A stretch of DNA of 63,273 nucleotides, filler included, from Reticulomyxa filosa (taxonomy: Eukaryota; Protista; Foraminifera), in the NCBI GenBank assembly GCA_000512085.1. It is 19 parts of 19 records of this genome, joined end to end, with 100 filler letters (N's around TTAATTAATTAA, not from the genome) between each part and the next. Parts side by side here need not be neighbours in the genome. Positions count along the whole stretch, not along the records: positions 24,245 to 27,101 come from ASPP01008172.1; positions 27,202 to 34,775 come from ASPP01004942.1; positions 34,876 to 35,994 come from ASPP01014024.1; positions 36,095 to 37,705 come from ASPP01004606.1; positions 37,806 to 42,773 come from ASPP01006119.1; 14 more parts are not named here. One strand, given 5' to 3'. The position numbers and the translations under genes are program-made. Positions within the stretch are counted from its first letter, which is position 1, and each line of letters begins with the position of its first letter. Under the pieces are notes generated by a model. The model had not been told where the DNA came from, ran no database searches, and saw nothing but the letters and a program-made list of their open reading frames with translations. Shown one piece after another: positions 26,422-41,376 of this stretch.

Positions 26422-26949
26422 TTAAAATAAAAGGTCAAAAAGTAATTTTGAAATTATAGACCCTTTCCAGCATTTTTGTTTTACTTTATTTTTATCAATT
26501 TCTCGGACTTGATGTAGAATACGTAAAAATTTAAAAAGTCCTTGGATAAAGCAGATGGAAATAAAAATCCAAGCAGTTGGATGAATATGCAATAAAGTAT
26601 CTTTTGAGTATTGTTGTGTTTTGTTGATAAAAGGAGTGAGAAAAGTATCCAAAATTGCAACCACATAAGTCCTAACAAATGTATTTTCCAGGTATGTGGC
26701 AAAGCATCCAACTAAAAGCAAGTATTCCGGCCATTTCAACTGTAAATTTGCTTCAGTGTACAATACCAAATCACCGTTAAAACGATTGGAAGCAACGATA
26801 CAAAACACTATAAATTCAAATGTGCATAAATATCTCCACTGATGCAGCGCACATGCCACGAATGCAGTGAAAACACACAAGCCAAATTGTAGCCACATTA
26901 CTTGTGTATAGCGTTTGCCAAAATGGATTATGTAATAAATACAGCCCAA
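26422..26949 (-). CDS. Fragment of a multi-pass membrane protein (possibly CDP-alcohol phosphotransferase-like), 5' truncated
   Basis: Hydrophobic ORF. LHQWRY..GDLVL..WPE is only loosely like the CEPT HW..Y.TG.L motif. Confidence 0.35.
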   Translation of the reverse strand: MGCIYYIIHFGKRYTQVMWLQFGLCVFTAFVACALHQWRYLCTFEFIVFCIVASNRFNGDLVLYTEANLQLKWPEYLLLVGCFATYLENTFVRTYVVAILDTFLTPFINKTQQYSKDTLLHIHPTAWIFISICFIQGLFKFLRILHQVREIDKNKVKQKCWKGSIISKLLFDLLF

Positions 26950-27201
26950 TGCTTTATTTTTTCAAAAAAAAAAATCATATATAAATTTATGGATACGTAC
27001 ATACATATAAATTTATTAATCCATATAACAGAAGTTTTTTTGGTTATGCAAACAAGTGGGGGGGGGGGGGGGGGGGGAAAAAAAAAAAAAAAAAAAAAAA
27101 ANNNNNNNNNNNNNNNNNNNNNNNNNNNNNNNNNNNNNNNNNNNNTTAATTAATTAANNNNNNNNNNNNNNNNNNNNNNNNNNNNNNNNNNNNNNNNNNN
27201 N

Positions 27202-28375
27202 AAAAAAAAAAAAAAAAAAGTGTTCCGACTTCGGCAAGCGTTTCTTGGAATCTTCCGATAAATTCGTGTTCGACACATTGGATAAGGACTCGTTTGGTAT
27301 TGGCCTTGGGGATGTAAGCATCGACACGCGCTTGTTCTTGGTCGAGCCGTAATTCCGCGTGGAACAGGTACTCGGGGACACTATTGTGGGTCATGTACTT
27401 TTCACTTTCATTGTCGTAAAAACGTTTTGTGTCTTCAAGTGCTCGCTGTTCAAACTCGTTCACGTACAGGCTATTGCCACATCGTCCTTGCTCGGCTTCG
27501 CATTCATCCAACTCCACGAACATACGCAACACATTGCTCAATACCGTTCCGTCCACTTTCTCACCTTCGCGCTCTTTCTCCAAACTTTCCAGCACTTCTT
27601 TCCGTAGTCGAGGTAGCACGTGGTCGTTCATGCAGACCTTCTCTTTGAATTCCAACACCCCTAAATTGTAGCTGTCCATCTTTTTCGAAACATTGCAATA
27701 CGTCGTGTCCTAAACATTTTTTTTTTTTTTAAACATGTTGCGGGATATAAATGTATATGTATATGTATATATGTGTATTTAATGTACACATATGTATTTG
27801 CAATGCAAAATGTAGATATGTACCATGTAAAGTAATATGTCTCGCAGTATTGTCATTGTTAATTTGTGATCGTTCCATTTTCTCACACATATCTCCAATA
27901 GTTGATTGTCTTTTATTTGTTCATTTTTTTATTTGTTTGCTTGTTTGTTTATTTTACGCACATCCCCTCCCCCCCCCCCCTCCCCCTTGTACGTATACAT
28001 ACGCAAAAAAAAAAAAAAAGTTTCTAATTGCTTACCTCCGGTTTTAATCACTTCTGTTAAGACCTTTTCTAGCTGTTCTCTTATTGCTTGTATTAATCCC
28101 TCGTGCAGTAGTTCACCGTGTTTATGTAGTACTAATGTATACGCACATCTATAAGGTTTTTGATTGCTATTTCTATTTGTTCTTTACCCTCCCCTTTTTT
28201 TCCCCCTTCTTACAAACCTATACAATTCCTCAAATCGAAGTGTCGATGAATTTCCACTTTGTATTTCTCTAATTCCTTGTTTCAAGGCTTGCCATATTTC
28301 GTTAGCTTTGCATTTTGTCATATCTGACACTTGATAGAAATAATGTGTATGAGAGAATTTATGTGACAAATCCAT
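27202..28375 (-). CDS. CUL3: Cullin-3-like protein, N-terminal part, multi-exon
   Basis: IWQALKQGIREI..LRFEELYR|CAYTLVLHKHGELL, KWNDHK..LRDILLYM|D, EREGEKVD, YVNEFE, VPEYL..AELRLDQEQARV. Confidence 0.85.
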
Positions 28376-28798
28376 CGTGTTATCTTTTTCTTTTTCTCCT
28401 TTTTTTTTCTATTTTGTGGTATATGTCCTTTGGGGGTTTGAGAAAATCGTCTGTGTAAAATAAACTCTATTTAACGTTTAAAACTAATTCTGCACATTAA
28501 AATTTTTCAACTGTTAAAAATCTTTTTGAATGTAAAACTTGTTTTATCAAGATTACTTGAATTGGCATTATTCTTGCAGAAAACAATAGCTTGATGTAGC
28601 TGCTTTCCAAAATTGTTTACATCTTATTTTTTAACGATCAAAAAGCTAAATACTGATTCTAATTTGAAAGACTAACAGTTGGTGAAAATATTTCAAAGGG
28701 ATTACCTATCTATAAACTTCTTTACCTGCACAAAAAAGATAATCACAAAAAATTAAATTACTTTAATTTCTTAATCATCAACAAAAAAATTGTGTTTG

Positions 28799-29503
28799 CT
28801 AAGTTTTGCGAAAAGGAGCTTTTTTAAGTTTTTTATTTAGAACAGGCTTTTTTTGAAACGTTTTGGAAGTCTGAAGTTTTTTATGTGTTTGAAAACTGTC
28901 AGAAGAAATAGTGTCTTTGAAATTAGTGTTTGGAGTTGCAATGGCTGAGTCAACAAGAAGCGTTTCAATTTCATCCTTTACTGTTGGAAAGGATTTTTTT
29001 TGTTCCTCTTTCATTTTATTTTGGAATAACTCAACGTTCAACAAACCCATATTACCAATTAAAGATTTGGCCAGTTGTTTTGTCGAATCTACATTTTCCT
29101 TTGATTTGGATAGATTGGCTTTTGATTTGTTTTTCATTTTTTCTCGTAACAACTGGCGTTTGAATGATATTTTTGTCAATGGCTGACGGTGAATTTTTTT
29201 GCAAAATAAACATTGGCGAATTATCATGTTCAAGGCCCTTGGAGGCACTTTTACACCATACAAACCATGTCTAGGAGGTTTCACTAGTTGCTTCAAACGA
29301 TAACGCGCACTCTTGCCGTTAACCAATTCTTGTCCACAATTCAAACATGTTTTTCCTACGACATGAGGGGAAAGCCTTTCTTTGAACCGTTCTAGCTTTA
29401 ACACTGTCATTTTCACACTGGATGTCAACAACGAACTCTTTTTGGTGAGAGAGGTATCCTCTAATATGTCATTCAAAAACGCTAATCTTAGCTTCCTTGC
29501 CAT
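28799..29503 (-). CDS. Rpr2/Rpp21/Snm1-like RNase P/MRP zinc-ribbon subunit with basic tail
   Basis: N-terminal RLAFL, CLNC..LVNG..ARYRL and QCLFC give two CxxC pairs with Rpp21-family layout. Confidence 0.6.
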   Translation of the reverse strand: MARKLRLAFLNDILEDTSLTKKSSLLTSSVKMTVLKLERFKERLSPHVVGKTCLNCGQELVNGKSARYRLKQLVKPPRHGLYGVKVPPRALNMIIRQCLFCKKIHRQPLTKISFKRQLLREKMKNKSKANLSKSKENVDSTKQLAKSLIGNMGLLNVELFQNKMKEEQKKSFPTVKDEIETLLVDSAIATPNTNFKDTISSDSFQTHKKLQTSKTFQKKPVLNKKLKKAPFRKT

Positions 29504-29848
29504 ATTATATTGCGTTTTTTCAAAAAATTTGTTAACTTTAAAAAATCCTCGTTACTGGTCCCTACTAAAGAATAAGCCAACTAAAAAACCAAAATAAATT
29601 TAAATTTTTGATGAAGTAAACCTATTATAGTGAAATTAAAAGAGATAGATTAATTTTCCTGTCTGAAATATTTGTTGCCTGCATGAATTACATTAATCTT
29701 TGTATTTTTGAGTCTTTTCCTTGGCTTGACATTAAACGCACAATTACTGAACTTGACACTACTCTGGCAGTTTTCTTCGTCACTGGTTTTCTTTTACGAG
29801 CAAAAAACTCAACATTTGTTGACCTAAGTGGCTATCAAAGTAAGAAAG

Positions 29849-33068
<3,220 letters not shown>

Positions 33069-33363
33069 AAATAAACAAAAGGTGTATGGATAAATCCGAT
33101 GTGGCACCCGATAAAAAAAAATTACTTTCGGCTTTTGGTTGTTGTGTCCGATTTCACGAGTGGGGATTGAATTTTTGCAAATAGGCATTTATTCATGTGT
33201 AACATCAAAATTTCTTTTTACATTCTCAAATTTTGAAAAAGTTGCAGTTTCTAACCGGCTTGAGTAGTATCTACTTTACTTGTACATTTTCCTGGACAAA
33301 CTTTTGGGGACTAAAGGACGACACACCGCAAAAAACGACTTTTTTTTGAAATATTGAGTAAGC

Positions 33364-34519
33364 ATGATGGTCGATAATCTTAAAGATAAAAATGACATTC
33401 CAATTTCGAACGTAATCCTCCAAGTTACTTGTGGTACTACCACAAAGTATTGGCTGTTAGACCCAAGAATCGAGTTTGAAGAACTGATAAAAACAGTGAT
33501 TGAAATGTATCCCGAATTGGATTCAGTTAGGATAACGGGAAGAAAGGTAGAAACGAACGAAAAAAAAATTCAAATCAAGATTGAAAACGAAGAAACAAAA
33601 AAGGAATTGACAGAACTTATTGCATGGCATTTGGAAACACCAAATAAAGAATGGATCAAAACAACGGAAGATTGGAGGGCTTTTATTGAAATATATTTAT
33701 CCAAACCCTATGCTCTGAATGAGGAAATAATTACAACCGTATTTGATCCCAACACTAATCCAAACAATAATATTATTATTCCCCTTTGTGTATTGGGCAA
33801 TTCCGAAATGAATAAATCCAATATGTAATTCTATGTGTGTACATACTTGAGGAATGGCAATATGTATGTGCATATATAATTACCTGCTTCCTTTATCATT
33901 TTCAAGAAGGAGGTTGTTCGACATACATTTGCACAGACCTTTGAGCATTGGCAATATCGTAGGCCAGATGAAGAGCCCTCAGTTGGACGTCAGTTCTCAA
34001 AGTTGCGTCATTGACCCGAAGCATCGAATGGAACAAACTCGAACTGCCAAAGAGAATATTCCCCAAAAGCGCAATTTGACACAAATGTTGAATGAATGCA
34101 TTTCATATAATGTCATGGGTACAGGTAATGAAGATGAGTATGAAAATGAAAATGAAGGCGAGGATGAGGATGTGGATGAGGATGTGGATGAGGATGAATA
34201 TAAAAATGAAAAAGAAAAGGAAAAGGAAAGTGAAACCGAAACCGAAAACGAAAACGAAAATAAAAACAAAAATGAAAATGAAAATGAAAATGAAAGAAAG
34301 AACGAAAATGTGGGGAATGGAGACAGAGAAGGCAAAGCAGTGACAAAGAAAGAGAAATTGATGAAAATTCCGGCGCTGAACAATCTCCCTGAAGTGACAT
34401 TTGCAAACTTTCAAATTAATTCAGTTCCAATGCTGATTTTGCAGTATGACAAGCAGAGATTGTATTGTAACGCCTGCAAATGTAGCCTCTACGCTACTAA
34501 CTATATCAAACACTGGTAA
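33364..34519 (+). CDS. Hypothetical protein: PB1-like N-terminus, acidic E/N tract, possible zinc finger (3' truncated)
   Basis: ILQVTCG..FEELIKTVIEMY; CNACKC..YIKHW followed by an intron donor. Confidence 0.45.
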
Positions 34520-34875
34520 TACGCAATTTTTTTTTTTTTCTTCCCTCCCTCCAAAGTATCCCTACCATCACTTTTTGTATGTATGCGTATATGTACGGAA
34601 TCAAAGTAATAATGTGAATCACATCCAAAAAATCGGTCAGTGGAGCATACAGCTGATCTTGCAGCATTGGCAAGAATTGCTGACTGTGGAAGCGTCTCAG
34701 CCATTGAGTTTCCGTTACGTCACCCCTATTCATTTTTTTTAAAGTGTCATTAATAAATAATAATAATAATAATAANNNNNNNNNNNNNNNNNNNNNNNNN
34801 NNNNNNNNNNNNNNNNNNNTTAATTAATTAANNNNNNNNNNNNNNNNNNNNNNNNNNNNNNNNNNNNNNNNNNNN

Positions 34876-35125
34876 GTACGACGGCAGTGGTTATCCGGCG
34901 GGCCTGGCGGGCGATGCCATTCCGATGGCGGCGCGCATTGTAGCGGTGGCCGACGTGTTTGATGCGCTGACGTCGTCGCGGCCGTACAAGCCGGCGTGGG
35001 AAATCGATCGGGCGCTGGATTTCATGCGCGCCCAGCGCGGCATGCACTTTGACCCGCAGGTGCTGGACGCCTTCCTGGACAGTCTGGAGCAGGTGCTGGA
35101 CATCCAGCGCCGGTTGCGCGACTAG
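34876..35125 (+). CDS. Bacterial HD-GYP phosphodiesterase / response regulator, 3' end
   Basis: YDGSGYPAGLAGDAIPMAARIVAVADVFDALTSSRPYK..HFDP on a GC-rich contig. Confidence 0.92.
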
Positions 35126-35146
35126 CCTGCGTGACCCGGCGCCGGG

Positions 35147-35539
35147 TCAGCGGCTGGCTAGCCGCAGCTGACATTGCTGCAAAGCGCTGCGAGTCAGTAG
35201 CAGCAGCAAACGCTGCTGGCGCTGGTGCTGACTGCGCTGCCAGTACCACCATTCCGGATGCCGATTGCCACTCAGGTCTTGCCACGCCGTTTCGTAACAT
35301 TGCAACAGGTCGAGGGCGTCATAACCCAGTGCGGCATGATCGGCCATCATTCTCAGCAGCAAGCGCCGGTAGAGACCGCTCTGGCTGGCATCTTCGCGCA
35401 AATACAGGCCGACAAGTCGCAGCGGCTGCTGCACCATGGCGCTCAGCCAGATGCGGTGGGTGTGCCAGGCATGTTCCAGCGCCGGGCGGGTGCCGTGGTT
35501 CAGCGGAGGCGAATCCATAATCAGCTCCTTATTGTGCAC
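35147..35539 (-). CDS. Bacterial hypothetical protein
   Basis: ORF fills the gap between HD-GYP and flagellin. An AAGGAG ribosome-binding site precedes the ATG at 35518. Confidence 0.55.
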   Translation of the reverse strand: MHNKELIMDSPPLNHGTRPALEHAWHTHRIWLSAMVQQPLRLVGLYLREDASQSGLYRRLLLRMMADHAALGYDALDLLQCYETAWQDLSGNRHPEWWYWQRSQHQRQQRLLLLLTRSALQQCQLRLASR

Positions 35540-35697
35540 TGCACAATGCCTTTATAGCGCCGATTGGCTGTCGCAAGCAAGCAGGCACTGTGGCTATCTG
35601 CATGATGTACAAGGAAAAATGCCGGCTTTCTTTGCTGTTCTATTGAATGGGATGGCGATTGGGCTAAACTGAATTGTCAGTTTCGGGAGTAGGCATC

Positions 35698-35994
35698 ATG
35701 GCCCTGACCATCAACAGCAACCTGAATGCGCTGAACAACCAAGCGCAGCTTAGACAGACCGACCAAGCCAAACGCCAGGTGTTGGCGCAGCTGGCCTCCG
35801 GCAAAGCCGTCAACAGCGCCGCAGACAATGCTGCGGGGCTGGCAGTGGCGGAATCGTTACGCAGCCAGGTCAGCGGTGACAACCAGGCAATCCGCAACGC
35901 GGTGGATGGGGTGTCGCTGACCCAGACCGCAGACGGGGCGCTGTCGCAGCTTACCCAGAACAGCCAGCGTATCGAGGAGCTGGCGGTGCAGGCA
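35698..35994 (+). CDS. fliC: Bacterial flagellin, N-terminal part
   Basis: MALTINSNLNAL..LASGKAVNSAADNAAGLA..QAIRNAVDGVSLTQTADGAL..RIEELAVQA. Confidence 0.92.
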
Positions 35995-36094
35995 NNNNNN
36001 NNNNNNNNNNNNNNNNNNNNNNNNNNNNNNNNNNNNNNTTAATTAATTAANNNNNNNNNNNNNNNNNNNNNNNNNNNNNNNNNNNNNNNNNNNN

Positions 36095-37705
36095 GTAGTA
36101 CTCAAGAAAGCAAGAAGTGGAAGACGAAGAAGGACAGAGCGTGAACATTGTTAGAAAATAATCTACGTTGCGACCGTATCAACCACTGCATCGAGAAAAT
36201 CATCATATGTAAGAGTGGTTCAATTTAGTTGTGCCGAAACTCCAAGACACCTGCAAGAAAGAAGAGGAAGATGACGATGAAAAGAAGATAATATCAAGCC
36301 CGTATCAATTTGGATTTGTTTAAAGGAAAAAAAAAAAAAAAAGAAAGCATTTGGCCGGCTTCATTGGAATTGGTAATTGATTTGCTTTTTAAGTCTCGAA
36401 ACGCGCAAAATCGCCACTTGCGAACGTAGACTAATTTCAAATAGCGCCCTAATGGAAAGTATTCAACAAATATGTCAATGTCTAGCAGTAGTGGCACGAA
36501 ATGTTGCAAAGAACTGGTTTACAATCAACGTAAACAGATACAAGTCTCTGGCGCTGTGTCACGCCAACAATTAGACGCAAAGATGGTGTCGAACTTCGAG
36601 CTACTGGTGCCAACGAACGAACAATAGAAACTTGGTCGTAGCAGAAATGGAGCGCTAATTTTATCAATTCAGAACAATAATTGAAACTGGTTGTGTGCGT
36701 ACGCACATGCGCAAGTTTTGGATTTGAATCGTGTGCGTGTTGATGTGAGGAAATGGTAAACTCGCAGGCAACATTAAACATTAATGATTCATGAATAGAA
36801 AGCGCTTGTTGCATTTTGCGACTCCATTACTGCAAGAATTATGCGCCTTGTGTTTATGTAACCAACGCCTATTATATTTGCCGAACTGCCTACTGGATCG
36901 ACTATTGACCACTTGCGTCGTGTTGGATGGCATTCAAGAAGCAAGAAAGAAGAATAACAGCGAATGCGTCAAAAAAAAAAAAAAATAAAAATGCAAATGA
37001 TCGTATCGCCAATACAAAAATTGTTGAATGTACGTATGTTAATGGATGCGAAAATTTCCAACCACGACCATTAGCCAAGGCCAAAGTATGTCTCCTATCA
37101 CAAGAGCGACTTGAGAACGAATAAATTTGGTATGCTATTGGAATGTGCAAAAAATTCTCACGTTGAATCGCCGACGATCTGGATCTTGGGCAAGTTTGTC
37201 AAGAAGAAAGCAAGAAAAAAGACGTAATAATATCGCGCAAAATGAAAACGAAATGATATCGATATTGCAGTATCGCAGCGATAGGAGGAGGACGAGGATG
37301 ATTATGATAAATAGAAAGAAGATTTCGACGATATCGCGTTGGATTTGTTTCAAAAGAAAAAAGATCATTCGTCAACTTACCTTAGTTATAAAATGGGCTA
37401 TTCACACCCTCGAGTGACGGCTTTGCGCGCTTTTATGGATGGACTAATTTCACATATTGCGCCCCCAAATGGAGCTTCTTAACTGGTGTGGCAATGTTCA
37501 AGTGCAGTACCATTGATGCTTATAGTGGCAACGATGAAACACAGCCCATGCCCTCTTTCTCTTTTGTCAATGGTTTCGACATATTGTACTGGTATTGTGT
37601 GCGCCAATATTTGGATACCGCTGCTGCATTCCACGATTCGATTTGGTGCGCAATGAGAAGCTAATGTTATTGCGCATTTGTTACAAAAAGTAACAACATC
37701 GTGTC
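36095..37705 (+). pseudogene. Decayed coding sequence with an internal ~1-kb duplication
   Basis: Coding-like composition with many stops. An acidic tract + TTGGATTTGTTT + ACTAATTTCA..GCGCCC..AATGGA occurs at about 36260-36457 and again at about 37285-37473. Confidence 0.4.
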
Positions 37706-37805
37706 NNNNNNNNNNNNNNNNNNNNNNNNNNNNNNNNNNNNNNNNNNNNTTAATTAATTAANNNNNNNNNNNNNNNNNNNNNNNNNNNNNNNNNNNNNNN
37801 NNNNN

Positions 37806-38711
37806 AAAAAAAAAAAAAAAAAAAAAAAAAGAGGGGGCGATTTTATCAATTATATTATTAAGATTAAAAGTATTGTAAACATGTAAATCTACCAATAAAG
37901 CGTAATCATTTAAACATCTGTCAAGAATGCAATAAGCCTCATATTTATTGAAAAAGTTGAAAACGATAGGACGAAGCAAATTGCGACCCAAATACCACAC
38001 GCAGATGCAGGCAACAAAGGAGCTCACCCAGCATGTGATAGTGCCGATGAGAGGACCAAATGTAAAGCCAAAGCCCATCATGAGCACAAAATCAACGCCA
38101 CTCAATAGAAATGCATTTGTGTTTACCCAGGCAAAAAACAGGGACGCAAATCCGTATATTTTGTCATACGTGTTAACCCAATCGACAAGATCACGTACAT
38201 ACCATTGGATGTCAGACATTAAAAGTAGTCCTCCGATAAATAGTATTAGACATACACTTACTATACTCCATTCAAATATACATTTCTTGTTCGCTTCACA
38301 ACGCCTTGGAAGGTTCAATGACGGCTCACCGCTTGATGTGGGTATGCCTTTCTTCAATGTTGGATACGTCAATGGCACTTGCTCTCCGCCGATTGTTGTC
38401 ATCCCCACTTCACTTGTCGTCGTTGTCGTGCTTTTTTGGGTCTGACCCCAGCCATTCCCTCCCTCTGCTGTTATATCATCATTGCGTCGCTGTGGGGCTG
38501 CTGACGATGAATGATGGCTTGAATTCTCTTCACTATCTGATGGATGCTCGGCTTTGTGGTCTTGGCCGTCTTTTTGAACTCGAACCTCTTCGTCGTTCTT
38601 CTTGCTTACTTCCGTTTCTTTTTGGATTCCTGTTAGATCTATTTCTTTTTCATTATCTTTCGCATTTTTTGTTTCGATGACCACTTTATCCGTTGGATTC
38701 CTTTCGGTCAT
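37806..38711 (-). CDS. VTT/SNARE-associated Golgi (TVP38/TMEM64-like) membrane protein, 3' truncated
   Basis: LVDWV..LMMGFGFTFGPLIGTITCWVSSFVACICVWYLGRNLLR matches the DedA/VTT pattern. Confidence 0.8.
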
Positions 38712-39014
38712 CTATTATTTTAACAGGTTAATGCTCACTTTTTCAACAACAATATCGAAAAAGGCCCCTCGTTGCATTCTGGAAAAGCTAAAAAATTAAT
38801 AGTAAATCACACGTTTAAACAAAAAAAATCGCTTTATTTGACAAGCTATAGTCAATTTTTTTACATTAAAACAAAAGATTTATTGCATCTAAATTGATGT
38901 AAGAAAATACACAATAAATTTTCTTGTTTTCCTGTTGTTTGTAGTAAAATGCTTTTTTAGAAGAGGAAGGAGCGACTAAAACGTAAGAACTTTTTTTGAG
39001 TGAGACTTTCACCA

Positions 39015-40388
39015 ATGTTTCCAACTTGGCTTTTCAATGCTGTCTCTCCCTACCTTGGTGATATATTTTTACTCTCGACATGTTCTAAAGTTTGTAAATA
39101 TTGGCGTGAAGTTGGAAAAGACTTGAGTGTTTGGTCGAAGAAAGATAAGGATATAAAACAACATAAACATCGTCCAAAATCAACATTAATAATTGGTGAT
39201 GGTGATTTTTCTTTTACATATTCTTATATCCAATTACTTCCAAGAAACAGATTAAGTTGTGAATTATGTGATAAGAGTGATAAAAAAAGAGAAGAATCGG
39301 AATATCGTGCAATTGTGACATCAACATATTGCGAAAATGAAAAAGATTTACTAAAATTACATCCAGGAGCATTAGAAAACATAAACATATTAAAATCAAA
39401 AGAATATGAATCGTGGATACATATATTATACAATGTGGACTGTACAAATATGGAAAAAACATTAGTGCCACAAATAAAAAATAAAATAGAAAGCTTTGAT
39501 CAAATAATATTTAATTTTCCACATCACCCTGTAAGCGGAAAAATTCAATTAAATAGATTACTTTGTAAACAATTATTTGAAAATATTAATAGATGTAATA
39601 TAATGAATGAAAAAAGCGAAGTAATAATACGTTTATGTTTTGGACAAGGAGGGACATTATTTGAATATGAATTTGCAAATGAGATAAGAACACGTTTTTT
39701 ACAAAAAATGAAATATAATCAAAAAATGAGTTTACCCATTTATGATCAATTACCATCAACTGAAAGATATTTTTTCAATCACAAATCCAAGAAAACATCA
39801 CAACAAATTTTTCAAAATTCTTGGCAAATTGTTCATTCATCTGCTTATGGTGATATGAAATGTGTTCAAATTAGACCCTTTCATTTATTCGTTCAAGATA
39901 TTTATCCTTATTATCAATGCACTGGTAGAAAAAATAAAAACCAGCCTTTCATTTTACATTGCTCTTTTACTTACGTTTTTATGAAACAATCGATTCAGAA
40001 TCAATTTATTCCAAGTCTATTTCCACCTTCATTTTTTAGAGATATTAGCTTTTATATTTTGGAACCTTCATCTGATCATAATAATGATAGTCACAATGAT
40101 GGCAATAATGATCCAATTACCAAATCTAAACATATTCGACAATCATTACCAAATTATATTTTTCAATCGCTTCCTTTCTCCAAAGATGTTATTACTAATG
40201 TTGAATTTTTAAATGATTTTCTTCATCCTACCACAAAATTGCTGTCACAAACGTGGAGAATTTGGTATCAAAGTGATACCACTGCTTTGACAAAAGAAAA
40301 AGTTAATCATTATCAAATGCTTCTACGAGATGCTTTACGACGTGATTTCAATGTTGGTGTTGGATCTTTGCCAATTTCACAAGATTAA
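39015..40388 (+). CDS. FDXACB1-like protein: DUF2431 (Bmt5/6-like) methyltransferase plus FDX-ACB domain, with F-box-like N-terminus; intronless
   Basis: LIIGDGDFSF, VDCT, FDQIIFNFPH, GQGGT, NSWQIV, RDISF, FLHPTT..SQTWRIWYQS..ALT. Confidence 0.85.
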   Translation: MFPTWLFNAVSPYLGDIFLLSTCSKVCKYWREVGKDLSVWSKKDKDIKQHKHRPKSTLIIGDGDFSFTYSYIQLLPRNRLSCELCDKSDKKREESEYRAIVTSTYCENEKDLLKLHPGALENINILKSKEYESWIHILYNVDCTNMEKTLVPQIKNKIESFDQIIFNFPHHPVSGKIQLNRLLCKQLFENINRCNIMNEKSEVIIRLCFGQGGTLFEYEFANEIRTRFLQKMKYNQKMSLPIYDQLPSTERYFFNHKSKKTSQQIFQNSWQIVHSSAYGDMKCVQIRPFHLFVQDIYPYYQCTGRKNKNQPFILHCSFTYVFMKQSIQNQFIPSLFPPSFFRDISFYILEPSSDHNNDSHNDGNNDPITKSKHIRQSLPNYIFQSLPFSKDVITNVEFLNDFLHPTTKLLSQTWRIWYQSDTTALTKEKVNHYQMLLRDALRRDFNVGVGSLPISQD

Positions 40389-40675
40389 TTTTTTTTTATA
40401 ATTATAAGAGGATATTGATTTATTGTGCTTTATTCAATTTGAAAGGAACTCACATATTACTCCAACTTATTTTTTGATGCATCTTTCGCTAACAGACAGA
40501 TTGAAATTTAAAATTAATTTTGACATACCATCTATGCTTTTCCATTGTCGTAAAATTGTTGAATGAATTCGCAGAAACTCTTTCTTGAACTACTTAGAAC
40601 ATTAACGTTCAGTGGAGTTCGAAATAAAACTAAAAAAAAAACATCTTTTATTGCAATAAATAAATAGAATCAAAA

Positions 40676-41376
40676 ATGTCAACAAAAACTACTTCCAGCT
40701 ACAAGCAAGAGAATACTTTTGGTAAATTATTTCTCTTGCGTTTGCATTTCTTGCCTTTTACATATCACGTCACAAACCAAGGGACCAACAACAAAACTCT
40801 AGAAAAACGAAAGAAAGAGGTAGACACGATCATGTCAAAACATCCTGGAAAGATCCCAGTGAAGTTTACCCTAAAAAAAAAGTACGACAAAACAACAATG
40901 AACACTAGTTAAACACACAAAACAAATTACAATTGGTATTAAGGTGATCTGTGAAAAACTACCCAAAAATGATCTTCCAGACATTGACAAAAAAAAGTTA
41001 AAGCTCTCTTTTTTGCTCAAAGCATTACAAATTAACAGGCATGATCAACTAGTGACAAATTGTTAAAAACTGTAAAAATAAAACAGATTTCTAGTTCCCG
41101 AAGATTTAACAGTGGGCCAATTTGTTATAGTGATCCGTAAAAGAATAAAAGTGGCCCCAGAGCAGGCGATATTCATTTATGTCAATAAAAGCATTCCAGC
41201 AAGTGGTATGTCTTTTTTTTTTCTCATCCCTGAATTGTTAAATTAAACCTATCACTTTGTGGTATTGTGTAGCCGAGTTAATGTCCGCTATTTATAAGCA
41301 GCACAAAGATGAAGACGGGTTTTTGTATGTTACTTATTCTGGGGAAAATACATTTGGACACGTCGCAACAATTTGA
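40676..41376 (+). CDS. ATG8: Autophagy protein ATG8/GABARAP, 5 exons
   Basis: Spliced: YKQENTF|EKRKKE..KHPGKIP|VICEK..DIDKK|[24 protein letters not shown]..|..[18 protein letters not shown] followed by HVATI*. Confidence 0.95.

Noticed and set aside
33997-34414. Antisense FS/FI/HP-repeat ORFs
   Set aside because: Shadows of the GAAAAT/GAGGAT low-complexity tract.
34776-36094. Horizontal transfer of bacterial genes into the eukaryote (also 49906-51002 and 57943-60233)
   Set aside because: Each bacterial block is a whole separate contig with no eukaryotic junction, introns or amelioration.
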